Assembly (NCBI GenBank): GCA_043228905.1
Contig: JBHGNT010000252.1
Location: forward strand, 1 to 44,922
Length of the DNA stretch: 44,922 nucleotides
Direction: 5' to 3'
Source of the DNA: Azolla caroliniana
Taxonomy: Eukaryota; Plantae; Polypodiophyta
The notes under the pieces are model-generated. The model was not told the DNA's origin, did not search any database, and saw nothing but the letters and a program-made list of their open reading frames with translations. Below are positions 1-12,185 of the stretch, in pieces. Positions within the stretch are counted from its first letter, which is position 1. Each line of letters opens with the position of its first letter. Both the position numbers and the translations under genes were made by a program.

Positions 1-145
1 AATTTGTAAGTATTGCAATTGAGAGCGCACATTGTGATTGTGAGAAGCATATGTGCAAGAATGTGGAAATCAAACTTCAATGTAATAAAATGCAGCACGT
101 TGTGTTTACATGCGATACCTTGATTCCATGCTTGTTTAGGGAAAA
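1..145 (-). repeat. Inverted copy of the dispersed repeat found in NAP1 intron 3
   Basis: TTGCAATTGAGAGCGCACATTGTGATTGTGAGA...TGTGCAAG (13-59) aligns to the reverse complement of 5410-5460 (TTGCACGAATTTCTCTCACAACCACGATGTGCACTCTTGATTGCAA). Confidence 0.65.
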
Positions 146-169
146 ACCTCGATAGAACTTAGAAGTCTC

Positions 170-760
170 TCCTCACTTTTAGATCAAAAGGATATGTGAG
201 CTAAGTCATAACGAAGCAATAATGTGAGCTTTGGATGTTGAAAACATAGGCATTGAGAATCTATATCCATCAATGTCATTACTAAACACCAATTGACTAA
301 CTATAGTTAAACATCACATCACAAAGTATTCATTGAGAGATACTCGTAACTAGACTCAAATGAATTCATCAATGAAAACAGTTCCCAATAAATCCCAAAC
401 ATAAAACGTCTAATTCCAACGACATAACTATCACATTGTTTAGGTGACTTGACATATTATCTAATAATGCAATACAAAACCCTACACGAAATAGTTTGGC
501 ATTTATTATACATCCAAAGTGTCTTGGCTTGGTTAGCAATGGGCAAGTCATTGTTATATGCATATTGATGTAATTCAACATTACATGGGCACAAGAAAAT
601 TTGTATGTCTGAACTAAATCTACAATCTTCCACACTACTACAAACACATTTGATCGCATACTAACAAAACCTCGTTTAGCATGATTAATGGCATTGATCC
701 TTTCTAGAGAACAAGGGACTATAACTTTCGAAAGATTTGAAGGATGTGATAACCATGTAA
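170..760 (-). mobile_element. Highly decayed Ty3/Gypsy integrase-like remnant
   Basis: Minus-strand peptides HFGCIINAKLFRVGF and ELDVLCLGFIG, then a frameshifted DY/VS/W-V-like stretch, occur in the order of Gypsy integrase motifs GHF...L..G(F/Y), ELFDVWGIDFMG and VDYVSKWVEA. Many stops and frameshifts. Recognised by eye only. Confidence 0.4.
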
Positions 761-1575
761 ATCTCTACACATTCGACTTGAAAAATAAACCAACTTAGAG
801 AACAAAAATGGAGAAGTGGTCAATGATGCCCCTTGAGGGAGGTTTCCCGAAAAGAACCTAAAAAGCATTTACAACTCTACACCATAGGCTCAGAAAATCA
901 AACAATTCAGGGAATAGGATCATGAAAAGACCAAGGATAAAATGGTGAAATTACCAATGTACTTCTTTTTTATGGTCTTTTTAAGAATTTCATGAAAACA
1001 GCCTACAGGTACTCTAAACTTTCAAAAATTTATCTGCCGAAAGGAGATTCTGAACTTTCAAAAATTTATCTAAACTTATACCTATGTAAAAGGAATTTAC
1101 AAAATGGAACATGAAAAAATTCAAATATACATGTAGCGTTCAAAGGTATTTGTCCCATTGAAAAATGAAGCACAGTAACAAGCTTCTAGCCATCATACCA
1201 TGAGACAATGAAGAAAGTTAAAAACAATATCTTGACTGTGTTTCACAACAGTACAGAATGCTCAATAAATGAACCACTATCTTTAAATCAATCAAATTAT
1301 TCTGGTAAAACTGTCTACAACTGTTCAATGTGTGAACAATGATCCTATTCATAACCAAAAACATCTTCAAATAAAAAATTTGAAAACTCTTCACGTATTC
1401 TTTATATCTCAGCTCCAGAAAAGTTCTTTGTAAAAACAATGGAATATATCTGGATCAGATATCGATGAGCTACATTCTTTTAAAGTCAAAATCAAACTAC
1501 ACCATGCAATATTAGTATATGTTGTTAAGCCTAACAATTAATGGAAAACAATAATTCATAAACCATCCAAACTAT

Positions 1576-1632
1576 CTACTGTAGTTTGCATTCTGGTGGT
1601 TGCTCACCCTCTGCTGATTGTGAACAAATTTT
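1576..1632 (-). other. NAP1: Duplicate NAP1 terminal exon (distal copy): KICSQSAEGEQPPECKLQ*
   Basis: Part of a 125-bp-period tandem duplication (about 1556-1662 vs 1681-1785). It keeps the AG acceptor (1634-1633), the open frame and the stop, with two amino-acid differences from the proximal copy. Confidence 0.8.
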
Positions 1633-1700
1633 CTGTACACCACATTTCTTACTTTGTTAACAATAATGCAAAAGAATCTTTCATGAACCATCCAAACTAT

Positions 1701-1757
1701 CTACTGTAGTTTGCATTCTGGTGGTTGCTCACCCTCTCCTGATTGTGAACAAATTAT
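1701..1757 (-). other. NAP1: Ancestral-type NAP1 terminal exon (proximal copy): IICSQSGEGEQPPECKLQ*, CaaX farnesylation motif
   Basis: 57 nt, with an AG acceptor at 1759-1758 and TAG at 1703-1701. Resembles the plant NAP1 C-terminus ...PPECKQQ. Phase 0, matching a GT donor at 1905-1904. Confidence 0.85.
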
Positions 1758-1950
1758 CTGTACATATTTCTTACTTTGTTAGCAAAAAGTATTAATATTA
1801 TTTAATTACATTAGCATACATAAATAAGCAAAGACAGTAGAGCAAGTCAAACAATACATAAAAATGAATCAATATGAGAATGTATCTAAATCAAATTCAC
1901 ATGACCTACTTTGTCTCTTCTTCTTGCTCGTAGTCATCATCCTTATCTTC

Positions 1951-4900
1951 TTACTCCTCATCCTTTGCTTCTTCCCCATCTTCCTCTTCTTCATCATGTT
2001 CTTCAAACTCTTCGCCTTGCAATGCTTCCCCAGTATACCATGATACTGCATGGGGTATGATTTTATCCTTAATTATGGATCTGGGTGTAAAATATAACAA
2101 ATTTGTGAGTTGTCAGAAACATGTCTAGATAAAACAGAGAACGAAAGAAATATAGAGTATAGGATAAAAGTATTATTTCATGGGGTGTGAAGAATAAATA
2201 AATAAATGACATGAAGTATCATACCTTAATTAGGGTACAACAAATAAATTGTTGGAGTCACATGATATGTATATTGAAACGAGACAAAAGGGAAAGTAAC
2301 AATCCTACTTTTTCACTAAGAAATGTGAACTCTAGCTATACCACCAAATAGATACTGCCGTTATGGCAGGCATAAACATAAAATAACCTAGTTGAGTAAA
2401 CCATGAAATTTGACAAGTTAAAAGTAGATTTTTGAACAAAAAACTGGACCATGATAAGAACTTAATATTGGAATGTACCCTATATCATAATCTCGTTCCA
2501 TAAGATCTTGTAATTCCTCGGCCTGTTAAAAGAATAGAAGTAATACACTCATAAAAAGAATGATAATATGGATGAATATACATCAAACTCAGGGAATAAA
2601 CCATTAGTTCTACTAACTATTTACATGCAATCCAAAAACCAAGTTAAAGAATCACATAGGTATGCAAACATACTGTTGCTTCATCAGGGTCCTCATCATC
2701 TTCCAGAACCTTTGGAGGATCAAAGAAGTTGAAGAAACTATCACAATCTTCAATCTTGGTTTGAATCTTTGTGTTTCTTGAACCCTTCTTAGGCTTCTTC
2801 TGTAGAACTTTCTGTGTTACGTTTTTCCCTGGGTACCATTCTATTTCAGTCCTGTAGAAAACAACTTTGAAACTTTAAGATTTAAAACATTATTTATCCT
2901 TAACATTAAATATGTGACCACGCAATCCTACCCTGTGGCATGTTCGCAGATTGGTTCATCTTCTTCAACCATATTATAGACTTTTGTCAACTGCCATAGT
3001 CATGATGAGAGTGGTTCTATAACATAACCCAAAATTTAACATAAATAAGTAATCTTTCTAATTAAAAGAGTACCAGTGTGTTTTTAAAGTATGGATTCTC
3101 AGAAAAATGGAATTCAAGCTTGAACCCTTTCTTTCCCTCCAGATTGACACTTCGTATGTCTTTCAAGTACTTCAACGGTCCTTCATCACGTTTAGTTATC
3201 TGGAAAACTTTAGTTGTTAAGACATGATTTATCAAGAAGTCAGTTGATGTTATGACTAAACGACAAAGTTAAGCACCTCTTCACCAAGAACATCATTTGT
3301 CTTCATTGCAGTAAGCCAAAAATCTGGCACTCCTTTCTCTGATAAAACAAGTAACCCACGTAAGTAGGTAAAATAGGATTGGCATGATATAGCTTATGGT
3401 CAAAGTTTCTCTATACCCTCAGTGTTATTTGCTTTACTAGATACATTTGCTTCAGGAGTTTCTGCTTCTGCTGATGGTTCAATATCAACTATTCCGCTAA
3501 CAATATTATAACGCTGCAAATCACAACCCAAAGAATGCCATCGGTAACTAGAACCATGTCATCTCTTGCTTTTGATAGACAGAATCCACAAACTTCATTA
3601 ATAATTTTAAATCAGTAAGACAACTATTTTGGCAGATCCCCAGTCATCATCTCTCCTTCCAACCTACCCCTTTCTAACACAGTTCAACTCAAATGGAAAA
3701 TAAATAAAACATTGGAGAAAATTTTATGAAAGATGGTTCAGAAACTGACAAAAGAGAAATCACACATACAAATTCATGACGGATAACTTCAAATACAAAA
3801 ATATTTGAAAAAACTTACAACCTTTTCATATAGTGGTGCGTATAACTTTTGATATTTGGCAACCAAAGCTGCTCTTTCCTCCATAAATTTTGTTTCATGC
3901 TCATCATGTTGTTTCTGGAAAGTCATAAAACACCAAAGATTCTCGATCTCAATGCAACAAATTCAGCCACGACGGAGACTTTGCCTATGAGTCATTTTGT
4001 TACTTTAAAGTAAACATAAACAATCAGGGTGAAGATATTAGGCTACTCATGAGTGAGAATGCGAAACTACAAGTTATTGTTGCTGAGAATGAGAATCCTA
4101 AGAGAAAGGTTGCAAAACTCAATGATGACGTTAATACATGTAAGCAAGTTTGGTTAGAAGCAAATGACTGTTTCGGCAAGATTAAGCTCAAGGAAGCATT
4201 GAAAAAAGAGAAAATGGACACACTAAACAAGATAGGATCACTTCCCATCGAGATCATGGCCATGGAAAGAGTCGTTCAATACACATTTCAAGATCATGGC
4301 CCCAAAACTGATCTCTCCCTTCTGCAAATTTCCTCTCTTTAGATCTACTTTATTCCAACATTGATTACAGTTGACTTTTAGAACCAACCACTACTTCATT
4401 AAAGCATTTAATGTATTGTTGTTTTCTCTCCAATCTACACCTTCAACTCTTTTTTCAGCCTATTGTTAAGTTGTTGCTAGCCTCTTTGGCATCTTATAAT
4501 TGTTCATAACAGTTTTCTCACACAGAATAGTACCTCAGATCGACTTCCTAGAATTGCATGAGAAGCAAGCAGAAAGATAAAAAAGACACATAAAAGCAAA
4601 ATTTTGTGTTCCAATTGTATATTTGTAATACTCACTTCACGATGCATCAATAGATTCCTCTACAAATGAGGTTTTCTTATAAAGCCTATTATCATGACAT
4701 GGGAAAAATGTGGAGGCTCATGTTTCACACATCATATTACATATGTTGCACCTAACTACAAAACCATAGTTTCAGCCAACGGGGAGACCGCACATATCAA
4801 TACATGTTAGAGCCCGTCCCATTGTCTGCCATCCAAACCATTGCTTCAATATGACTTAGTTCACACTCACTTTGTTGGGGCACAAGTGATGAGACTTGTT

Positions 4901-5275
4901 AACTATGAACATTTTGCCCTAAACTAGTTTGGGAGTCTGAGTATCACACTTTGATGCAAAGCTCTACCTTTGATCACATTCAACTATGCTTCCCACACAT
5001 CTTCTACCAAACTCAATCCCTACACAAATTTCTCTCCTGATAATGTGCACTCTCAATTGTGATATTCTTTAGTATGTTTTTCAACATCGAGTACTGCTAT
5101 GCACTTTCACATGCATCATGTGAAAACATTATACTTTTGGTCTCACAGGCCATATTTAACCTCCGAAGACTTATTTATTTTATTTTGATTTGTTGTTCTC
5201 ATAGATGAGACAACACTTAAGATGTAATCTCTTGTTTGGTCTTATAGGCCATTTTGGCCTCTTAAAAGACATTAA

Positions 5276-5306
<31 letters not shown>

Positions 5307-7540
5307 ACCCTAAACAAGTTCAAGAGTCTGCGTATCACACTTTGATACAATGCTCTGCCTTTGATCATATTCGACCATGCTTTCCACATCTCTTCGATCG
5401 AGCCCAATCCTTGCACGAATTTCTCTCACAACCACGATGTGCACTCTTGATTGCAACATTCATTGGTAAACTTCTTGAACATCGAGAGTCGCTACTCACC
5501 TTCACACGTATCACGTAAAATGTAATATTTTTGGTCTCATAGGTCATATTTGACCTCCGAAGACGATAATATAATCTATCTATCTATCTATCTATCTATC
5601 TCTCCCTCCCCCAGACACTTTGCTGACATTGGTGCTTCTCTCTAAGTTCGTTGGGAAAGAATGAGAAAATGCCAAAAGCACCAAAATGTCCATCCCATTG
5701 TGTACAATCTGAACCATTGCTTCCATACGACTTAGTTCACACTCACTTTGATGTGAGACGGAACATTGCGGCACAAGTGATGAGACTAGTTGACTATGCA
5801 CATTTTTCCTTAAAACAGGTTTGGCAATCCAAGTACCACATGTTGACACAATGTTTTGCCTTTGATCACATACAATATGCTTTCAACCCATCTTCAACCC
5901 AACCCAATCCTTGCACAAATTTATCACATTTACAGTGTGCACTCTCAATTGCAACATTCGGTAGCAAAGTTCTTGAATATTGAGAATTGCCACTCTATTT
6001 CACATGTACTACGTGAAAATATTATATTTTTGTCTCATAGATCATATTGACTTCTGAAGATGATAATAAAATCTCTCTCTTAATTTATTTCAAACTCAAT
6101 TGTCAAACTAGCAAATGGAAACCATTCACAATAAAGTACAGCAAACAGAGATATTCTCTCAGGCATCAATTAAATTTGTAAATAATATTGTTGAAAGTAA
6201 GAGGTAAAACTATCCTTCATCTTCAGAACTTCTAGATGCAGTGCCAAGTTGCAACAAACAGGAAAACTACAGAAGAGCACCTTCTAGATTCAGAAAATTC
6301 TCTTTAAATAATATAATGATTAAGTTATCTTAATCAAATGTAAACCTAGGCATGTATGTTAAGGAAATACCTGTAAATCTTGCAGGATAATTACACGTCT
6401 CTTAACATTCTGCGGTAGCGATTCCAAATAGCCAGAAGAGATACCTGACAAATTATCTAACTTGTCCTGTGTAATGACATAGGATTAACCAACTTAAAGT
6501 CAACAAGCTTTCTCAAGATTCTTCACATAAATATGTATTATACATGTGTTTGTATGGACTGTTATTTTTATAACTGAGAATCAAAAGGTCCTAAGACTAA
6601 AATATTATCCTCTACTTTTGAAGATCATAAAGATATTCTAAACTTGTTGCATAAGCATATATTCATTCTACTGTAATGATGAAGTTATGGCAATAAAAGT
6701 TTACAATGAGAATACTATTATATACAGGAAAGGTCATTCAATTCAGATCCAAACAGTTCATCAGAGTCTGTAAACTCGATAGATATCTTCAGAAAAATGT
6801 TGTGCACTTTGCTATGCTTTCAGCTGGACAATGTTTTCTCTTACCTTCAAGACATTGGCAAGTCTGGCTTGTTTTGCACCACTAATACCTACGAAAACGT
6901 ATAGATATTCAACCTTTAAATATTACATCTGTATATAATTGTTTTATACTTATTAAACATTCTTCAATTCCTTTCATAGACCATCAATATGAAGTTCACT
7001 GAAAATTCTTTGAAATAATGTTCTTCTATTATGCTCATTCTTCAATTCCTTCCATATAGATCATCTACGAAAGAATTCATGGGAAAACTTTGAAAACTAT
7101 AAATTCTAAATGCTTTTTTATGATGCTTCTTCTTTACAGAATTGATTTAAAACTTTTCAAACATTCTTCAAATTCCTTTCATCTATGGATCATCAACAAG
7201 GATCACTTTAAATTCTTTGAATGATGCTCTTTTATTATGCTTCATCTTTACATGATCGATGACTATTCTTCCCAAGCATTCTTCAACTCTTTCCATAGAT
7301 TATCCACGTGAGGTTAACTAAAAATTCCCTGAAATAGCTGAAATATCATTCATTTATTATACCTCATGAGATGTATATGGAGCTCATCTTCTTCAATCAA
7401 AGGATGGTACAAAAGCTTTAACACGTCGAGAAAGAAGATGAGGAGAAGGAGAAGGAGGAAGAGGAGGAAAACAAGAGCCTACCAGGAATTGAAGCAAGGA
7501 GGTCGTCCACGGCGTATGGGGAGGACAGTTCTTTGCTCAT
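1951..7540 (-). CDS. NAP1: Nucleosome assembly protein 1 (NAP1 histone chaperone), 11 coding exons to a premature TAA; about 328 aa
   Basis: Exons (minus): 7540-7483, 6888-6845, 6466-6371, 3914-3822, 3513-3417, 3338-3277, 3199-3074, 2990-2932, 2851-2674, 2522-2479, 2080-1951. All introns are GT-AG with consistent phases. The translation has NAP1 hallmarks: [105 protein letters not shown], then an acidic tail. In-frame TAA at 1953-1951. Confidence 0.93.
4816..6067 (+). repeat. Three diverged direct copies of a roughly 240-380 bp non-coding element in NAP1 intron 3 (4816-5170, 5330-5570, 5688-6067)
   Basis: Shared blocks: CCATTGCTTC..GACTTAGTTCACACTCACTTTG (copies 1 and 3), GTATCACACTTTGAT..CCTTTGATCA.ATT, GTGCACTCT..ATTG, and terminal GTCTCA.AG..CATATT..AC.TC.GAAGA. 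(CT)n and (CTAT)n tracts lie between the copies. Confidence 0.8.
6955..7400. repeat. Diverged tandem array (about 5 units, 80-125 bp) in NAP1 intron 1
   Basis: CATTCTTCAA(A)TTCCTT..CATA(T)AGA(T/C)CATC...AAATTCTTTGAA...TTATGCT recurs at about 6958, 7036, 7162, 7277 and 7385. Confidence 0.7.
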
Positions 7541-10500
7541 GTCGAGGAAACCCCGAACATAGCAGATCCAGAATATGGCTTCTATACGTGTCCGCACACG
7601 TTCTTCTTCATCTGGTCCTAGGGGCAATCAACGAATTTATCAAAATCGAGAGCAACTTTGGCATACCTATTACCCATCAAGAAATATTTCGCTTAATTCC
7701 CAACATACCCCTGTCATTATTGAAATTTAAAAAATTAAACCTCAAATGTGGATTGACGCCACAAGATTACCAATAACACTCCTCTCTTTCTCTACGATTT
7801 AATCTTTGTCTCTGGAACTCCTCCACAATAATGTCTCTCTCCCTCCCTCGCTCCTTGAGAGCATCTTCATATACTCATAGAAGAACTTGAGGTACCAATT
7901 GAACCTACATATGATTTCTTGAATCTATGTAGAGATGAAATGTCATTTTTCAGGTGGGAGATGGAATTTCAGATCTTTTTGGTAGCACTCCTAGTGTTCA
8001 TCAATGATGGCCACTATTACAAACTCTGTTTGGTTTGTACACTAATGAATCACAAGGTATGATGAGTTAGTGGAGCATTGGGAAATGTGGTTATTGTGTT
8101 ATTATTATATGTATGTGATGTGTTGTTTGCAAGTACATTCGAAGATAGCCAAATGTTTATCGTGCGTATATTGGAAAGCTTTTGCATGCATAGTAAGTCA
8201 AGTGTCAATATCTCCAAAACAAGGGTTATGTGTTTACAAGCATAGTGTCACTCTCACTTGCAAAGTTCATTAGTGACGTTCTTAAACATCAAGAGGCATT
8301 GCTTAGGTCCACACATTATATGAAAACAATTCGCTTTTGGTTCCATATGTCATTTTTGACATGTAATAATTGTAATAAGGTCTTTCTCCAAATGGTTTTG
8401 AGTAAGAGAGTGATGAATACAAATGGGAACTAGAAAACACGAGAAGAGAAATAAAGAAAGAAAGATATATTAATGTCTTTTAAGGCCAAATTTGGCCCAT
8501 GAGACAATTGGTTTACAACAAAATGAGTATTTATCCAGTCATCATAACTAAAATAAAATAAAGTAAAAATAGAACTTAAGCTAAAAGAGTTCTAGTAGTG
8601 TACAAAACGTGGTATACTCGATAAAGGAAGTGACTTTACACTAAGCCTAATTTTATTTCCACCTATGCCTCTCGAAAAGAAGTGGGGGGTCAAAGGGTTT
8701 TGGTGTGGGTGTGACCCGTGGTCCCAATGTAGAGAGTGCCCTAGCCATGGCTTCTAGGCGGTGTAGCTCACGTTCCCTTATTTTCATTATTGCTTCTACA
8801 CCACGTCGAGTTGCTTTGAAACCCAGCACCCCAAGGACACCTGGTTCTTCTTTGGTATTTTGCCTCATCAAGGGAAAGGCCGAGTGGTGCAGATGTGTCG
8901 ACATTTGTTGTCTCCCCATGTTCATGAAAAACTTCATGTGTTACATGTTGGTGAATTTCCTTTGAAATTCCTTGGTTTTTAGACAACTTAAGGATGTTTT
9001 GATCAATTCACCTCAGTGGTACTAATCGTTTGTTTTTATGTGATTAGTGTCCTTAAGGAATTCGTAGGTATTGAGCAACTTGATATAAACAGATATGCAC
9101 TAAAAAACATACCTCATCCTACTCGTGTGTTTCGAAAAGTATTGAACGTATCCATATCAATCTACTTGCGAAGAAGATTGTTCGGGAATTACTTATACAC
9201 AATGAAGAATAAAACTATGCACTAAATCACAGTTGCAGCCGATAGGGTACTAATTAACTTTAATATAAAATGTAGCTAAAGACATGTGCAATAACTGCAC
9301 CCTCTGCCCCTCCTCTCTGTACACTAAGGAAGCACAAAATATAATATTAGTCAAAAGGGTAAGCAATGTTAATCCACTTAATATAAAGATTTGAACTTGA
9401 CATTATTGTAAAGCATGAAATATATTGTATGATATAATCTTTTCACAAAACATTAGGTATGATATGATCTTTTCACAAAACTAGCATTTATGTTCCACGA
9501 AATATCCACATCCTCGGTGTATTTTCTATAAGCGTTAAATGTACCCTTACTCAAAAGAACATTTATTTTATTAATCAATTCAATATAATATTAAGAGTTA
9601 ATTAGACATTGCATGCAAATCACATGTGATGGATGCCTCTTTCTTTAGAAACATGTATATATATACAAAGAGAGAGAGAGAGAGAGTTAATCACTTATAA
9701 ATCTTAGCAAGAGCTATTAATACAATGTGAGCCAAATTAAAGAAATGTCCATTAAAATAGAAGGGCCACATTAATAAATGCCAATTAAAAATAGAAGGGT
9801 GACAATTGTAACATGAGATAAGTTATTCTTTCTGCTTTGCGAGTTTGCGTACTATTGTCCAAAAATGTTCTTTCAATACAACACATTTCTACTCTGAGGT
9901 CAATATAAGTAAAGTGACCATAAGCTCGCAATGAATCATTCAAGTTTTCATAATCAACAAAGATATAACTACTCTAATATTTGTCAATGTAGGGAAAAAA
10001 ACATGTTCCATTGCATTAATTAGAAAATTTGTAAGGTAAGCTTGTGAACATTTTGCCAATACTTGATTTATCCTTTGTCATGTTGCTTTGTCTTTCTTTC
10101 TTTTCTTCATTGCATTCTCATGTCTCTTGTCTATTTCAACTTGGTTCTCAAATCCTACTTCGCAAATTCCTCTTGCTCAAGTATGTTATGCTTCTCATAC
10201 CCTCATCTGCTATCACTTTCGTCCTATCTTCCACCCATCCACTCATTACTCCCATTGCACACTCGCATAACATTTTGCTCTCTCTCCAAAAAATCTCGAC
10301 AAACTATATGTGTTGGCAAACATCCTCCATAAATGAATGGTATGCTTGTCAAACAACAAAGTATATGTCCTCAACAAATGATGCAGTCATTGCCATATCT
10401 TGTTGTCCATTCTCCTAATATTCTCTTCTTACTTTATTTGTCAATTTCTACAGCACAAATCCCCCTCGCCTAAATCCACCCTCCTTCTCATCCCCTGTAT

Positions 10501-11807
10501 GGTCTCGCTGTCATGTGCACATTGACTGATTCCCACCACTGCCCATTTTCATATCCTGTTGTTGGTTCTCCAACATCCTCGACTAATGGCGTGGATTCTT
10601 GTTCATTGTATTGCAAGGCAAATGGTTTGTGTGAATGGTATGAAACAATTGGTTTTATGCTAATTGTGTGAAATGATGTTTTTGTTTATTGTCGGATTCT
10701 AGCTACATAGATATGTAATTGATTTCACCTATAATTTATATACAATTAGGAGATTTCAAGGTTGTATATGTGGTGGAAGGGTGGGGAATGTATTTCATTT
10801 TTGGGACATGGATGCATTTAGATGCATCATGGTATGCATGGGTTATGGACACATAAATTTTGAACTTCTAAAAGCTCACCGATCTTGGTTAAAAGATCAC
10901 CCTCATACATGAGAGATTCCGTCCATAATTAAGTAACACAACTATTACGGACTCACCAAACGACATTCCCCATGAGTTGAAAAACAATGTTGCACAAACC
11001 TAAAGAGATGTGAACAAGTGCCATTATAAATGTATATTATTCACTATAACCATATATTTCATTAATTTACATGAATTTCTGATATTCAATTTTGTACACA
11101 TATATAAATCCAATCATATGATCTATGCAAGCACTTGCAAATGATCTACCTAGACAAATGCCCAACAATGGTCTCAGTAATTCAATTTTAGTCATGTTAT
11201 GCTATTAAAGTTTCGATAACCACTTATTAAAGGTTGTTCTAAGGTCCAAATTGAAGGACAAAGGAATCAATGCTTGATCTCTAATTATTAATTATCTAGG
11301 TGATTAGAATGTACCACCACCTCGTAATAGGTCTTTGTTATTGTGAATTTTTATTCTCACAACCTTTTATCATTATACTTTTATCAACATGATAAAATAT
11401 TCTAGAAGGATGGGTGCTCGTCCCAAACATTGTTTATCTTGAAAGACTATTTAAATATTGATGAATAGACACATTATATAGTTTACTATTGTTGTAAACA
11501 ATATTTGCCTCACGTAAGCAACACAACACGAACATAAAGTTTTTCTTGATCACCATTTTTTCATAACACGAGGGTTGAAGAATGATATCATTGTTATTCA
11601 TAGGTAATGATAGTAAGGATTGTTGTGTGCAATTGTATGAGCCATTATTTATTGTATAAAATTAGTGATTCATAGTGCATGTGCCTAACTAAGTAATTGA
11701 CCTAAGGGACATGTCTATTAAAAAATGTACGAGCAAGAAAATTTTACATATTTTCCTTTAAAATTAACAATAAGATATAAACTCATATATCAAATATCCT
11801 CGCTCAC

Positions 11808-12185
11808 TTTTATGGATTTTTTTCACACAATCTTGAGGAGGTAACTCAGTCAATGTCCAACCCTAACTCTCCTAGGTCATCAAATAAGTTAGCAAGGTTT
11901 ATAAGATTTGAGTTTGTAAGTGTACGGTTTAATAAATGGGATAACTCCACAATGTTGCCCCAAAATAATCAAAGAAAATTGAATTTAGGCCTATAATTTT
12001 ATGGATTTTTTTCACACAATCTTGAGGAGGTAACTCAGTCAATGTCCAACCCTAACTCTCCTAGGTCATCAAATAAGTTAGCAAGGTTTATAAGATTTGA
12101 GTTTGTAAGTGTACGGTTTAATAAATGGGATAACTCCACAATGTTGCCCCAAAATAATCAAAGAAAATTGAATTTAGGCCTATAA
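11808..12185. repeat. Apparently perfect 189-bp tandem duplication (11808-11996 / 11997-12185)
   Basis: TTTTATGGATTTTTTTCACACAATCTTGAGG...GAATTTAGGCCTATAA repeated head-to-tail, with no mismatch seen on reading. Confidence 0.95.

Noticed and set aside
1906-1953. U-to-C RNA editing restoring both NAP1 stops (UAA->CAA, UAG->CAG) to reopen the frame to CKLQ
   Set aside because: It is formally possible from the sequence, and ferns do U-to-C editing, but that is established only in organelles. Point mutation is far more parsimonious. RNA-versus-DNA comparison would settle it.
7366-7776. 136-aa Arg-rich ORF
   Set aside because: It arises from a purine-rich simple repeat antisense to NAP1 exon 1/intron 1 and has no recognisable domain.
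8653-8986. Three overlapping ORFs in a GC-richer island
   Set aside because: No recognisable motifs or splice structure. Likely a TE-derived fragment, but I cannot assign a family.
10780-10915. Possible plant mobile domain (PMD) remnant, MGYGHINFELLKAHRSWLKDHPHT*
   Set aside because: Similarity to the ALVERW..ETHTF motif is too weak to call by eye; an HMM search is needed.
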